64,000 bases of DNA from the NCBI GenBank assembly GCA_003427395.1, contig BFEA01000001.1, forward strand, positions 4,560,412-4,624,411. The letters are read 5' to 3'. How positions within the stretch are numbered: the stretch's first letter is position 1; every line of letters starts with the position of its first letter. Source of the DNA: Chara braunii (Eukaryota; Plantae; Charophyceae). Shown in pieces: positions 63,804 to 64,000 of this stretch. Made by a program: the position numbers and the translations under genes. Under the pieces are notes generated by a model. The model saw only the letters and a program-made list of their open reading frames with translations, was not told the origin of the DNA and searched no databases.

Positions 63804-64000
63804 GGGACGTTGGCTTAGTTTCCAGCAAGTGTTGTTCTATCATCTTGTCACTGTATTCCAAGGGACGCTGGACGCGTTTTCCAGCAGGTGCAGCTCCCCA
63901 CCAATAGATCGGAGTCCCTAGCAAGTCAGGTAGGAGTGTATGCTCTTACCATCACTCCTATCTGATGTCACGGGTGTTTTTTTGCAAAAAAAAAAAAAAA
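63804..64000 (+). other. 3' module copy with duplicated first hairpin plus polyA
   Basis: Full module at 63862; terminal core GGAGTG-T-ATG-CTCTTAC-CAT-CACTCC. Confidence 0.8.

Overview
Repeat-saturated eukaryotic nuclear scaffold from a short-read and mate-pair assembly (many N gaps, microsatellites, two Nextera junction adapters). Plastid 23S rRNA and mitochondrial nad5 fragments indicate a green plant or alga; the overall texture suggests a Chara-like streptophyte alga, which is inference only. No intact conventional host gene is evident apart from one candidate 4-exon fragment (49.3-50.1 kb). The window holds decayed L1/Tx1-type LINEs (26.9-30.1, 33.9-35.3, 41.6-42.9, 53-58.6 and 58.9-63.5 kb), a chromodomain Gypsy LTR element with both LTRs, PBS and TSD nested in an older Gypsy integrase, tRNA-derived SINEs, and MULE, hAT and Tc1-type MITEs. 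Three signals stand out. (1) A structured 3'-terminal RNA module (hairpin, H-type pseudoknot, terminal hairpin, polyA) occurs in about 15 full or partial copies with clear compensatory base changes, and is shared by the LINEs and by non-autonomous elements. (2) Two of those non-autonomous elements carry long Asn/Asp-rich ORFs. (3) Two homologous type III hammerhead ribozyme motifs lie at 22.0 kb (minus) and 25.8 kb (plus).
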